From NCBI RefSeq assembly GCF_000315625.1, contig NW_005434619.1, forward strand, positions 351,357-415,356: 64,000 nt of DNA, given 5' to 3'. The stretch is from Guillardia theta CCMP2712. Taxonomy: Eukaryota; Protista; Cryptophyta. The position numbers were made by a program, and so were the translations under genes. The notes under the pieces are model-generated. The model was not told the origin of the DNA. It was given only the letters and a program-made list of their open reading frames with translations, and ran no database searches. Positions 41,700 to 54,010 of this stretch are shown here, piece by piece. Position 1 is the first letter of the stretch; every line of letters begins with the position of its first letter.

Positions 41700-44375
41700 G
41701 GTTGACGTTTGTCTTTGTTGGGGCGCTGTGTGAGGCCATTACAGAGGATGATCATGATGTGCTTCGAAAAGAGGAATGAGCACGAGTACAAGATCTTGCG
41801 AAGGTTTTCTGTGGATGTAGATCGTCGGTCACCAAGATTGATCCCAAGTAACAGAAGCAAACAACTGGGGCTGCATGCGTTGGAGCTAAAGAGGCTCAAC
41901 AGAAGGGCAACCAAAAGGTTCCCTGCAGCCCTCACGCTCCCTTCCTGCTGACGGGCATGCGCAGGAAATACTTCTCTGCTGTACTAGTGGGAACAGGCCC
42001 TCTCCCTCACTTCCTTGTCTGCCCCGGAGCCGAGGTTCGTTCTCTCCTAGTCTTCCTCCCTCGCCACTGTGCTCTCCTCCCATCTCTCCTCCTGCTCCGC
42101 GTCCTGGTCCCATCTTGTCTTCTGATCTCCCCTCCTCTTGACGTCTGCTGGTTCCTTTTCATCTGCATGCTCACAAACTAGTCGCCGCTAGGAGTGCAAC
42201 GACGCTCTTCCCGACTCGAACGTTCTGATCACAATGCGGGTCGATCGGTGATCTGAAGGCTGAGAGATCTTACATGCCTGATGCCCTTGAAAGATCTCCT
42301 GCTGCCAGGATGAACGATTGGGTTATGCTGGTTGTCACGAAGAAAAGAGTCGTCGAGCTTCAGATTCATGTTACAAACAGCTCCGCGCATGTTGATCCTG
42401 TTGTGAGATTGCATGTTTGCGGGCTGAACGCTGCGAAACAGGTGGAGAACTGGATCAGAAAGAGAGTCTTCGATCGGAAGTGTAGCACTGTGGGGGTTGA
42501 CATGGAATGGAAGCCAGTCTTCTCAGCGGGACACTACTCCAAGGTGAGAGAAGAAGTCCATACGATAGTGCTGTGAGATGAAATTTGCTGATGCCGTGAT
42601 TGAATCTTGTTTTGTTCTCACTTTGGCGATGTTGTTGGAAATGTCACGTTCTTGTGAATAGAGTCTTGTCTTGTTCGCATGTTGAAACTTCTTCTCTTTC
42701 AGGTTTCTCTGATCCAGATCTCCACAAGGGATGATTGCATCTTGTACCATATCCATCACTCGGCTGGCTCGTCAGGCCAGCAAGTTCCCCCAGCCTTGCG
42801 CCTTCTCTTCCAGGATACTTCGATAAGAAAGGTGAGGAGATGGCAGAAACAGGATCAGTCACAGTAGAGAGCCAAGCTTGAAAGGGCGGAGACAAAGAGA
42901 GGTAGAGAGGTAGAGTCAGCAGCAGGTGCACGAGCACAAACACGAGCAAGAGGAGGAAAGGGGTAGGAAAAAGAGGAGAAGGAAAGTGGAAGAGGAGGAA
43001 GAGGAGGAGGAGGCGCGATTAAAATTCCTCTGAGTGACCACGAAAATGATCTTGACGTGCCTCAGGTTGGCGTGGGTATAGACGGTGATGCAAAGAAGTT
43101 CAAACGGGCAAGCCTCCCCTCCCCATTCCTCCTCCCCATTTCTCCCCTCCTCTTCCCTCCCCTCCTCTCCCCTCCTCTCCCCTCCCCTCCCCTCATCTCA
43201 ACTTCCCCCTCTTTTCCTTCCCTTCCCTTCCCCTCTCCTCACCTCATCTCTCCTGCCCTACCCAACGTCTCCACTCCTTCCCTCTCATCTGCTGCTGTAG
43301 GATTGGGGTTGCGACATCCTCGGGCGCGTTGACCTTGCTGAGTTTGCTGCTGCTCTGGGGCACATCGACTTGACGTCGCTCAAGAAGATCACTGAACATT
43401 TCCTCTCAGTCAAGATGTGCAAGGCCAAGTCTGTTGCTCCTCCTCCTCCTCCTCCTCCTCCTCCTCCTCCTCCTCCTCCTCCTCCTCCTCCTCCTCCTTT
43501 CTGCTGCTGGTGATTGAAACGCAGATGGCTGACCATGGGCAACTGGGAGAAGGAAGCGTTGAACCCTGAACAAGTTGCATACGCTTCGATGGACGTAAAA
43601 GGAGGAGGAAGCGAGAGAGAAGGAGCGAGGGACAGAAAGGGTGGAGGAGAGAAGGGAAGAGGGAAGGAGGGGAAGCAAGAGTAGCGGGAGGTTGAGTCTT
43701 CATTTGCTGACTCGCAGCAGGCGTGGGCTGCGGTGGAGGTGCTGCATGCGGTGGAGGAGGAGATCGTGTGGAGACCGTAAGTGAGAGGAAAGCGCTGCTG
43801 CTGCTCAAGTTGGCTCAGGTCTGTAGACGTTCAGTCCAGCACTTGCGAGCTGGGAAAGTTCTTCTCGGTGAGAGGCGGCAAACGCCCCGGTAAGGGGAGG
43901 GGAAGAGGGGGAGGGGGGGGGAGGGAGGAGAGTGGGAAGGAAAGGAGGAAAGGAGGCAGGCAGGCAGGCAGGCAGGCAGGGAGGGAGGAGGCAGCAAGGA
44001 GATGGGGAAGGCATAATCGGAGGAAGGGAAGGAGGGAGAAAACGGTAAAGGGGAGGAGGGGGAGCAGAGAGAGGAAGGGGAGGAGGAGGGGATGGATCAA
44101 AAGGCTGTTTGCATGACGGGAGGACAGGCGTGTACATGTCGAAGGAGGAAGCGAAGAAGCATGTGGAGGGAGGACAGATGATGAGATTCGGTCATGAGCT
44201 AGAAGCGAAACTTTTCGTGCTCACAGGAAGCAACGGGGGTTCAGTGACGGATGTTGTGGTGTATGCGATGCAGCGAGGGGAGGAGGAGAGCGCGGGACGG
44301 AGGGAGGAGACGAGTGAGAGCAAGAGGAGGACGAGAAAGAGGCCGAATGTTGGGAGGAGCTCCATGAAGGTGTAA
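41700..44375 (+). CDS. WRN/EXD2-like DEDDy 3'-5' exonuclease, multi-exon; start uncertain
   Basis: VGVDMEW (ExoI), VSLIQIST, VPPALRLLFQDTSIRK|VGVGIDGDAKK (ExoII), VDL, SLKKITEHFL, GNWEKEALNPEQVAYASMD|AW (ExoIII). Confidence 0.85.
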
Positions 44376-44467
44376 TGACATGGGAGAAAGAATAAAGGAA
44401 GAGATATAGTACAACAGAGGTGGAGGAGGCAGAAGGAGGAGGGGTCCTTGCGGAGAAAGATTGGAAA

Positions 44468-44505
<38 letters not shown>

Positions 44506-44549
44506 AGGGGATGGAGAAGGAAAGGAGAGGCACGAAAGGTACAGGTTCC

Positions 44550-45043
44550 TTCACACAGGGTAGCAGAACGGCGGGGGGACCTCCGAATTGAGAAGCAAGT
44601 ACCTCTGCGACATCAGTCAGAAGAGAGACGCGTTGCTTGCTGCCAGTCTTGACCTCGTCGTTGTCAAGACTCAACAAGACCCTGACGATGTTCGCATGTC
44701 ACTTGCACGAGGAGCGAACCCGCTCGCTCACCTGAGTGTGTCCTCCAGTACGTCCATGACGTTGTCTCCCTCCTCGTCGACCTCTTTCAACTTGTACCCC
44801 CTCTGCCTCCCCGTCAGCGCACGGCAGCAGCAACAGCGAGCGGACAAGGTGGAGGATGCCGGGCTGAAGGACAAGATGGAGAGCGCTGTCCTCAAGGAGC
44901 GACAGAATCTGCCCGATTTGTCAGCTGTTGGTATTGCTTGCTCCTGCTCCTAACAATGTCTTCTTGCGTACGAATCTTGACTGACATCTCTGAAAGGGTC
45001 TTTTCCGCCTGTCAAGAATCACTCCCATCATTTCCTCCTCCTC

Positions 45044-45079
<36 letters not shown>

Positions 45080-45201
45080 CCCCCCCTTCCTNNNNNNNNN
45101 NNNNNNNNNNNNNNNNNNNNNNNNNNNNNNNNNNNNNNNNNNNNNNNNNNNNNNNNNNNNNNNNNNNNNNNNNNNNNNNNNNNNNNNNNNNATCATCATC
45201 A

Positions 45202-45269
<68 letters not shown>

Positions 45270-48200
45270 TTCCCCATCCTCCTTCGTCCTTTTCCTCCTC
45301 CTCCTCCTCATCGTCGTCTTCGTCATCATCATCATCATCCCATCTCCGACTCTTTCTCTCCCTCCCCTTCCTATCACCACCATCGCCTCCTGCCGTCCCG
45401 TCCTCCTTCTTCATCCTCCTCGTTCTCACCGCATTCGAATTTCTCAGCTGCGCGATCTTGACCTTCCTCTCCTTGACGGGCGTCTGACATCAACTCAACA
45501 GACGAGGCAACAACAACAACAACAACATCAATCAGAGCAAAGTCGAAGAAATCTCCAAACTGTCTCTCAAGAGTGAGTTCCTCAACATCGCAGCACCTCC
45601 CACTTTCACCTCCTTGAAGTCAAGATTCCCATCTGTGAGGCACTGAAAGTTGAATCCAGTCAGTTCCCCCCTCGCAAGAGCATCCGATCCCACCATGTCT
45701 GCGCTTCTCATAATTGCCAGGAGCAGCATATCGTCCATGATCAAGTACGAATGCTCTGACTTCTTGTTCTCCTCATCGTTGCCGTAGCAGGTCCGACAAT
45801 TCCACTTGCAACACTCCGACTGAGAGCAGAGAAAATCTCACAAGTTTGAATCGCCGGCAATCTTTGCTTTCCCACCATCTCGCATCTCCATATCTCGTGT
45901 AAGTTCATCCTGTACAGCCCTGACATGTCGTGCAATCAGTCTCAACGACCAGCCATGTCATGTCTTCACCTCTCTTCAGCTCGACGAAAGAGACTTGATA
46001 CGATCCGTCCGCATCAAAGAAGACAAACGATTCTGCAGCCTGGTTGTGAACAAATTTACAATCAGGTTGTGATCGTCATTTTTTGTAGAAATTTTACGTT
46101 GACGAATATTCTGCTCAATGCTCTGTGAAGGAGGAAAACAGCCTCCTGCAAGAGTGTAGCGCATCATTGCATGAAAATTGAGTTCGAGTGTGAAGTCACC
46201 TCCAAGACATCATCGTCGACTTCGATCTTCTCATAGAATAAGTTGTCATTCTGCCAAATCATCACATTATCAACGAAAACAAAATAATACCAGTCATAAA
46301 CAACATCAAAATCAACAAGAAGTACAACAAGAAGAAGAACAAGAAGAACAAGATCGTTATCATCATCATCGTCGTCATCATCATCGTTGTTGATGTTGTC
46401 GTCGTCGACATCACCATCATCATCATCAAAAACTTTCGATCGCATCACCACTTTCCGCTTGTACGACGACACCCTGCAGAGCGTCTTCCACGACAAAAAG
46501 CATCTGTTCTGCAGCATTTCTTCAACAACCTCAAATTCATTCTCACTTGTCACCCACCAAAGACACGCCGAACTGTGAGAAGATTGCCTTGGACACGATC
46601 TTTGTCTTCTCCTTCCATGCCTGCCCCCCCACCCTCAGCAGCTCCTTTCTGGGTCTGAAGCTCACGGCCTCTGCATCAACATCAAGATGCGTCTGGGGGA
46701 GGCAGAGGAGGAGGACCGCATCTGAGGAGAGGAGACGAGAGTCTTGCTGGCTGCTCTTGCTCTGTGCTGTCCTTCCTCCCTCCCCGCGGCGAATCATCGC
46801 TGTCGTCGTCGCTTTCCGCGACCTTCTTGACGGCTGCGCATCGTCTTAGACGAGCATGTTTGCAACTGACAGAATCAGACCTGAAAGCTGCGGGGAGAGT
46901 GGAGCGAGCTCTGACCCTTCCCTGCCGTCAGTCAGACTGGTCTCCAGCAGCAGCTCCCTCGTGGATCTCGTCCTTGTAGCGCTGGATCTCAGCCTTGTGC
47001 CAGCGAAGTTCAACGCTGCTCGTCCTGCTCGACCCCATCAGCTCCACCCTCACTCGTCGGCCCCTCACCCCTCGCATGGAGAACTTGCGTGAGCTGCTCA
47101 TGCGCAAACACCGTCGAGCTCCTCTGTGGTATGATCGCACCGGTATGCCCTCCTTTCCTCTCCGCCGTCCTTGCCAACTTCGTCCTGCTGTTCAGGATGA
47201 TCCAAGTTTGAGGGGAATGAAGTTGAGGGTGCGGGAGAACCCTGTCTGGATCCTCCTGATCCCTCGCAGTCATGCCAGCGAACAGCAACAAACGTCACAG
47301 CACCTGTCTTGCTCTGATGCTTTTCTTCTGCATGAAATGCCAGACATCACTGACGGCCTGCCATGATCGCTGTCAGCAAGGAGGAGAGGAGAAGAAGAAC
47401 ATCAACATGTTACTGACTTGCTGCAGCTCAAGGAAGCAAGACTGTCTCGCTTCCTCGTATGAGAGCGCGTCCTCGCAATGAAAGTTCTGCAGCTTCAGGA
47501 AGCTCCTGAGGCTGCGGAAGAAGAGGGAGAGGGTATGTATTCCTTCGTCCTCCGTCAAGCTTATCCCCCTTGCATCGTCCAGGCTGCGATACGGAGGGTT
47601 GAAGAAGATGATCTTCCTTGCTGGGAGAGCCTTCCAGTCCACGTCGTCACCTACAAACACGTGAAACGAGCCTTTCATCCGCACAACAAACCTTTCCGAG
47701 GCGTTCGAAGCTCGAACAAGCAACTGTGTACTGAGCGTGCAGTTGCTGGAGCTGAAGAGTATCAATCACAAGAGATGAAGAGAGACGAGTGGAAGACCTT
47801 CATATCTCTCTCTGCGAGCTCGAGTTGTCTTGTCTTGTCGGAAGTGATCATCTTTCGATTGCCCGACAGCAGCACTTGGTTTGCTTTCCTGGTTCCTGTC
47901 GCTCCTGATCCCCAGCACCTCGCATCCTTCCTGCCAGAGCAGCTCGAAGGGGTAAGCCTGCTGCTTGTCTCGAGGGGTGACGGCGTCAGGGTATTGCGTT
48001 TTCAGCTTGCGAGTGAAGGACGGGTTGTACCCTTGGAGGTTGTCCTGCCAACAAGTCAAGCCTCGAAGCCTCGCAGTCTGAGCATGAGGTACCTTCTCTT
48101 TCCACAGCGAGCACGTGTACCTCAGCTCACCCACTGGCTTCCTGATGCAGAAGTCGCAGAACGCGAGACAGAACTTGATCTCCTCCGCCAGGAGTACATC

Positions 48201-48359
48201 TCTGGTCTCCGACAGCGCCCTGGTCAAGTGCTGGACAAATATGGCCGTGTGCTCATCTCTTGCTGCTCCTATCGGCGCTGAGCGAGTCACCTCCTCGGCT
48301 CTTCTCAGCTGGGAGAGAGGGAGGGTAGGAAGGCTCACCGCCTCCTTGCCTCCCTTCAT
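44550..48359 (-). CDS. Hypothetical multi-exon protein(s)
   Basis: A chain of non-repetitive minus-strand ORF segments (47766-48359, 47373-47765, 46928-47140, 46543-46700, 45560-45900, 44570-44830) with intron-like boundaries. No family recognised. Confidence 0.35.
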
Positions 48360-49072
48360 CCACCATAGACCCTTCCAACCGTCCGCGCCATCGCCGTCAA
48401 ACTTGCTTTTGATGTTTCAAGTCTTTTTACTAATAAGTTAGTTCGGAATGCCGATCGGAGTTTCGGCCCGGGCCCGCCGGGTCACAAGTTCCCACTGATG
48501 CCCACCATTCCGCCGGGGCAATTCTCCTGCCGCTGAGATGCCGTGAGTACGGTCTTCACTGATATACTCCCACACCGTACTTATCATCAGCAGCAGCTCC
48601 CGGCGATGTCACAAGTGACTGAGTCCTGTCACAGTACAACTTCCGGCACTAGCACAACACCATCCGATCCGATCGCCCCAGTGACAACCCGTTGAACCTG
48701 CCCGGCGGAGGCCCGGTCCGACGACGGACGCGGCCGCCCGGGCCCCGGCAACGGACTGGGATCATCACCGGGCGTCCCGGATTCACCACTTACCAAGTGA
48801 CGACAACCCGCCTCATTATTATATACTAGTAGAGTCAAAAGGCAGAATGTTTTTACGATTGCTCTGCTAGGCAGTGAAAGGAGCGAAGTAGAGGGGCAGC
48901 GGTTGTTCTACTCTATCAGGTTTCTTCCTCTGGTTCTTGGGAGGTCCGGCAGACACAGCGACCATGCACGCTGCAGGAGGAGAGGAGGGGGGAGGATTGC
49001 GAGCACGACCAGGTTATAGAGGAGGAGGAGGATGGCAAGGACGAGGAGAACTGAGAAGGATGGGGAGGAGAG

Positions 49073-51500
49073 ATGGAGGAGAGGCAGCATCGACAACAAG
49101 AACGACAGGGCAGGATACTGAAGGAGGACAAGGTGCGCTGCGAGGAGTAGGAGCGGGTGAAGCAGCCAGTGCAGAGGAAGGAAGAGGGAGCAGGAGATCA
49201 GCGACGAACGAGAGCGAGCCTGTGATCGCCTCCTCTTCGCTGTCTCCTATCAGCTTCACTGGGTTCGTCGCCCGCTCTCACTCCTCCCTGTCCCCTGCCG
49301 CCATCTCGCACATCTCACCGGAGCACAAGTCATTCAACGGACAGTCTCCAGGGCAGGACAACTCCAGCTCATCACCAGCTTCCGTGGGCTCCTCCTACGC
49401 CGAAGCTGTGCTCTCGAGCCGCCTGCCCTCGCTCTTCCGGAAGAAACTCTCGCCGTCCCACACTCCTCATTCCGACACCGAGGTACTTGTCGACGCACTG
49501 ACGGAGCGCTGATGTCAGACGCCGCAGGTGTCAGCGATGATGATGAATAGGAAGCTACTGAGAGACCTGAGACGAGAAATATCGCGATATGACGATGACA
49601 ACGACGAGTTGCTGCTGGCCAAGTCAACGCCCAACAACATGATCGGCAGCCATCGCTCCCCTCAGTCGGAAGGCGCGGGCAGTCTTGCAGCCTATCGCAA
49701 CCTCTTCAAGCAGCAGCCTGCCAGCGTCTCCGCTCTTAACTTTGACAAGCTGAGAAGCGTCGACCATGTGCACACGGCTAGAGTCAGCCCAGCGTGCAAG
49801 AGCGAAGTGACTCTGAGCTCTCCCCAGGAGACGGTTTCCTCCGTCTCCTCGCACCACGTCAAGCGGATGAACCTGACGCCTCGAGATCATATCGTCAAGT
49901 CCATCTTGCAAGATGACTCGGAAGAAGAGGTCAAGAACTTGTCAGGTCGCTTCATGACCTGAGGTGCCGTCGCAGGACTCCTCGGATGACTCCAACGAGC
50001 TCTTTCCCCGGTCAAGCACCTTCTCCAAGCGATCAGGTGGCCACCAGCTGGAGGAGAGCTGGCTGACGAGCTTCGCAGGCAAGGCATGGGAGCAACAGGC
50101 GCATGCGGCAGCAGGGCATCACTCGCAGTCATCGAGGAGCCCACGGAGACGTCAAGACTTGATCCCGCCTCATATGCGAAGTCGCTGGAGTGAACCACCC
50201 AACCCCAAGTCCGTCGGTCACTGGCATGCGGGGGAAGCGAACACCTCGATCAGTGTCGGTCACGCTGAGCAAGACGTCCTCTCCTCGCAAGCTTCTGCGG
50301 CAGGCTCTTCGAGGAATGAGATCGAGTTTGTTGGCAGCATGCGAGACTACGTCGAGAGCGAAGGTGAGGATGCGATGCCGGGGTTAGTGGTGACTTTCAC
50401 CACTAGCAGAGGAGGGGGAGATCCTGCAGACGAGTGCAAACACAGAGGACGAGGCGTGGAGGGAGGAGGAACATCGCTCTCCCGACTTATCAATGCAATC
50501 GTTGAGATCTCAGGAGGGGGTGCGCGCAAGACATGCTGTGTGCTCGACTGAACGACTGGGTGAGCAGACTCATCGAGCGGACGAGGAGCACGGGGAAGAG
50601 GAGAGGGAAGATCAGACGCCGAACAAGACAAGAACAAACTTCGAGTCCATAGAAGTCTCCTCCAAAGTTCCAACAGCAACCATCAGCAGAGATTCCATGA
50701 AGCTCTTGTACACGGGCATGAATCAAGACGTTGAGTTCCTCAAGGCGGAGCTGGTGGGCGCCAAGGTGCAGGAGCCGAAGAGTTGGGCTGCTGGGAAAGC
50801 AAAGGGAGCTGACGACGCCTCGGGATTCCCAGCGATGGAGGAGAAGAGCAGCAGCAACGCGATCGAGCACACAGACAGCCGACTGTGCAACACTCTCTCC
50901 CGCGGGCTGAACTCCGTCCTCAGCAGACGAGACGACAAGGTTCGTTCCTGACCCCACCTTCAAGGTAGATGACGTCACTCCTAGATGTCCCTTGGCGCCT
51001 CCGAGCTGCAAGCGCGATGCGCCAGCGCCTTGAACGAGGAGGGGATCCGAAGTGTCGAGGACTGGAAGGCCCTGGAGAAATGCCCTCTGATCGCAAGCAT
51101 GGCCCTGCTCGAGCTGCGGCAGGAGCACCTGACGTACGTCGAGATAGCGGAGATCTACTCCAGCTTCACATCGGCAGCGCAAGATGCTGCGCTGCTTGAG
51201 GAGGAGGGCGAGGGAGGGTGTCAGAGAGTGTGCTGCCCCAGAGCTGTCTGCCTGATCTGATGCTCGATACGTCGAACTCGCTAGAGCAGGAGGGGATTCC
51301 TTCAGGCCAACCAGATCTGATAGAGGAGGATGTCCTGGCCAGGCCCATACGAGGCCCCGTTGGAGAGGAGCAGTGGAGGCAACCTGGTCAGCGACTTTCA
51401 GTTTGAGACTGACAAGATGGGGATATGGAGAGGAAGAAATGATCAGGGGAAGGCAAAGGACTGCGGGAACAGAATCATTCACCTTTGATCTAACTTGACA
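49073..51500 (+). CDS. Hypothetical Ser-rich multi-exon protein
   Basis: Adjacent plus-strand ORFs (48937-49512, 49528-49962, 49964-50551, 50493-50951, 50985-51260) separated by short intron-sized gaps. Confidence 0.4.
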
Positions 51501-52400
51501 TGACAGCCACGAGCTTCGAAGGCATCTACCACCTGCAACGTTGGAGCTCCTAAGAAGGACAGCAACAGACAGAACTCAAACCATCTGCATGCCCGCAAAC
51601 GTCTTGGACTCCGTCACTGCTCGATCCCGGTAGCAACAGTAGCACCTGGGGCGATGCTTGCCTAAGGAACAAGTCAGTGAAGTAGCTAGACGACCTCCGG
51701 GCCTCCACCATTGAGGATCTTCATGACGGTGTCAACAAACGGCTCCACCAGCTCCTTCAACCACACGCACTCAGCTGCGAGCACTACCTCCGTCTCCTCC
51801 AGATCGATGCCCTGCCAAGACTTTCAGCTCCTGCCAGCCTCTGTGTGCATGCTCTTGCCGCCTCTGATGCTTGCTCCAACGTCGGCTTCGTCCAGTCCAG
51901 TGTCATGCAGGCTGCAGTCCCTTTCCCTACATGCCCAGCTCCAGGCCAGCAGGAAGCTGTCCGGCCTTGTGGCTCCTCCCAGTTCCTCTTGACGTTGGGC
52001 CTGAGGGAGCAGTCGGTCACCTGAGCAGAAATCTCTCACGACAGGCAGGGCATGACAAGCATGAACAGTCTTCAAGTCGGTCAGCAGGACATGCGCGCCC
52101 ATGGCTGCTGCGCACAGGCCAGCCAGACCTGCCCACAACTTCACTTGCTAGGAGCTCAGGGCTGGGGTGGAGGCACCTGTGCCCGAGCCAAGCTCCACCA
52201 CACGCTTGCCGACGATCTCTTGTCGGATGTTGTCTCTCATGATCTTGATCAACATCCTTGCTCCCTCCCAGATCTGCTCCTAGCAGTCACTTGGTGATAG
52301 CCTATCAAGGTCTGGTCTTGCCTGGAAACCCGTTGCTGCGGCCACAGTGTAATCTTCAGCGAAGAAATTTGGATCTACCTGAGTATCAGAGGAATGAGAA
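51500..52400 (-). CDS. METTL21/EEF1AKMT-like protein-lysine methyltransferase (Methyltransf_16 family), multi-exon; ends approximate
   Basis: TGFQ|IWEGA, GKRVVELGSGTG (SAM motif I), LAGLCAAAMGAHVLLTDL, LDW, AECVWLKELVEPFVDTV. Confidence 0.8.
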
Positions 52401-54010
52401 AACTTATGACCCAGGATAGCACGCAAGGACCCAGTCGCTCCCTTCCTGATCCAGATCCCGCCTTAGGACCCTGACCCGAAACCCTATGGAAAAGGGATTC
52501 AGCAACCCTTAAAGCTCATATACCCGCCCCAACTCTCATATCGTTCCATTATCCTTGTACCCCTCAACTCTTACATCCACCATATTCCTCCTCCTCCTCC
52601 TCCTCCTCCTCCTCCTCATCATCATCATCATCATCATCATCATCGTCCTCCTTCTCCCTTCAATTAAATATCCATCATCCCCCCCTCCCCCCGACCCCCC
52701 CTCCCCCTACCCTCCTGCTCTCTCCTCCTCCCTTGCATAATCCATCCATCACCCCCACTCCTTCTCCTCCTCTCTTACATCATCCATACATCAATTGCCN
52801 NNNNNNNNNNNNNNNNNNNNNNNNNNNNNNNNNNNNNNNNNNNNNNNNNNNNNNNNNNNNNNNNNNNNNNNNNNNNNNNNNNNNNNNNNNNNNNNNNNNT
52901 CCTCCTCCTCCTCCTCCTCCTCCTCCTCCTCCTCCTCCTCCTCCTCCTCCTCCTCCTCCTCCTCCTCTTCCCTTACCCTCCACATCCTCCTCCTCCTCCA
53001 CGAGCGCTGCCATCGATCCCAACAAGTGCTTGGAGGGACCACATCCCCTCATTGATCCGGGCCACCGGGCCGGTGCAGGGCCGGTGACGGCGGTGTCAGT
53101 GACACGGGTCCGCTCAGGCTCGGTGCACTGACTGAGTGACTCGCGGGCCCGGGGAGCAGAGTGATCACCCGGGGCCGTGACATGGTACTGAGGCGCACTT
53201 GGCGCCGGCCGCTATTTGGAGCCGTTTGAGAACGGGAATAGCTCATGCCATGATGAATGTAACGGTCATGTAACCGACATCATCATCTACTCTCAAGACT
53301 CTTTACCACACAGCTTCCGACCCTGCTAGCGTCGTTTGTCCTTGAAATGACGTGATTTCACTTCGACCCCCTAGAACGAATAAGCTTAAAGTTAGCTAAG
53401 AAGTTCTCCAAGATTACAACACGATTTAACCAACTTCTAAGTTAAATAAAAGCGAACTTTCATGGTCTCTTGTTTCAGTACCGGCGTTCTGAAGGGCCAA
53501 AGCCTCGTCAAGATGGGGTACTTGGAAATTGAACCATACCGTTTTTAGATAGCTTCTATGCAAATTTTGAGACCTCCCTGGCTGTTGAGATATTTTGTTA
53601 ACTCACTTTTGACTTAAACCGTGATTAATTAAAGAAGAAGTAACCTAAAAACAGATCGTTTGAAAAGAGACCTCAGGTGCCGGACCTATCCCTATAACTC
53701 CAAGTAGAATGTATCTCTCCGTCCTCCAGCTACTCTTTCCTTGTCCCCTCCTTCCCACCCCCCCGTCCTTCCCTCCTCTCACGGCCCCGCCCCCTCCGCC
53801 CCCTCCGCCCCCTCCGCCCCCTCCGCTCCCCAGGCTTTCTCAGCTCTCACTCTCCACTTCTAGCTCACTTGCTCAGAGTGCGCTGCGTCGTCTCCTCGTG
53901 GAGTTGGAGGCTTCTGTTGTCGATCGACCTCTTGAATCAGACTGTCCTTGAACGTCAAGTTTGTGCGTAGCTGAGGTTCTAGAAGATTGATTTCCAGCTT
54001 GAGATCAATC

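Noticed and set aside
47478-48281. 267-aa plus-strand ORF
   Set aside because: It overlaps minus-strand ORFs that chain with splice-like boundaries and has no recognisable domain, so it is probably a shadow frame, although the strand call is not certain.
53380-53640. AT-rich stretch with AAAGTTAG/TAAGTTAAA words resembling the 33-bp element
   Set aside because: Only short partial matches, which cannot be distinguished from AT-rich background.
53785-53830. (CCCCTCCGC)4 GC-box-like repeat upstream of the PAS gene
   Set aside because: Indistinguishable from the abundant simple repeats in this window.
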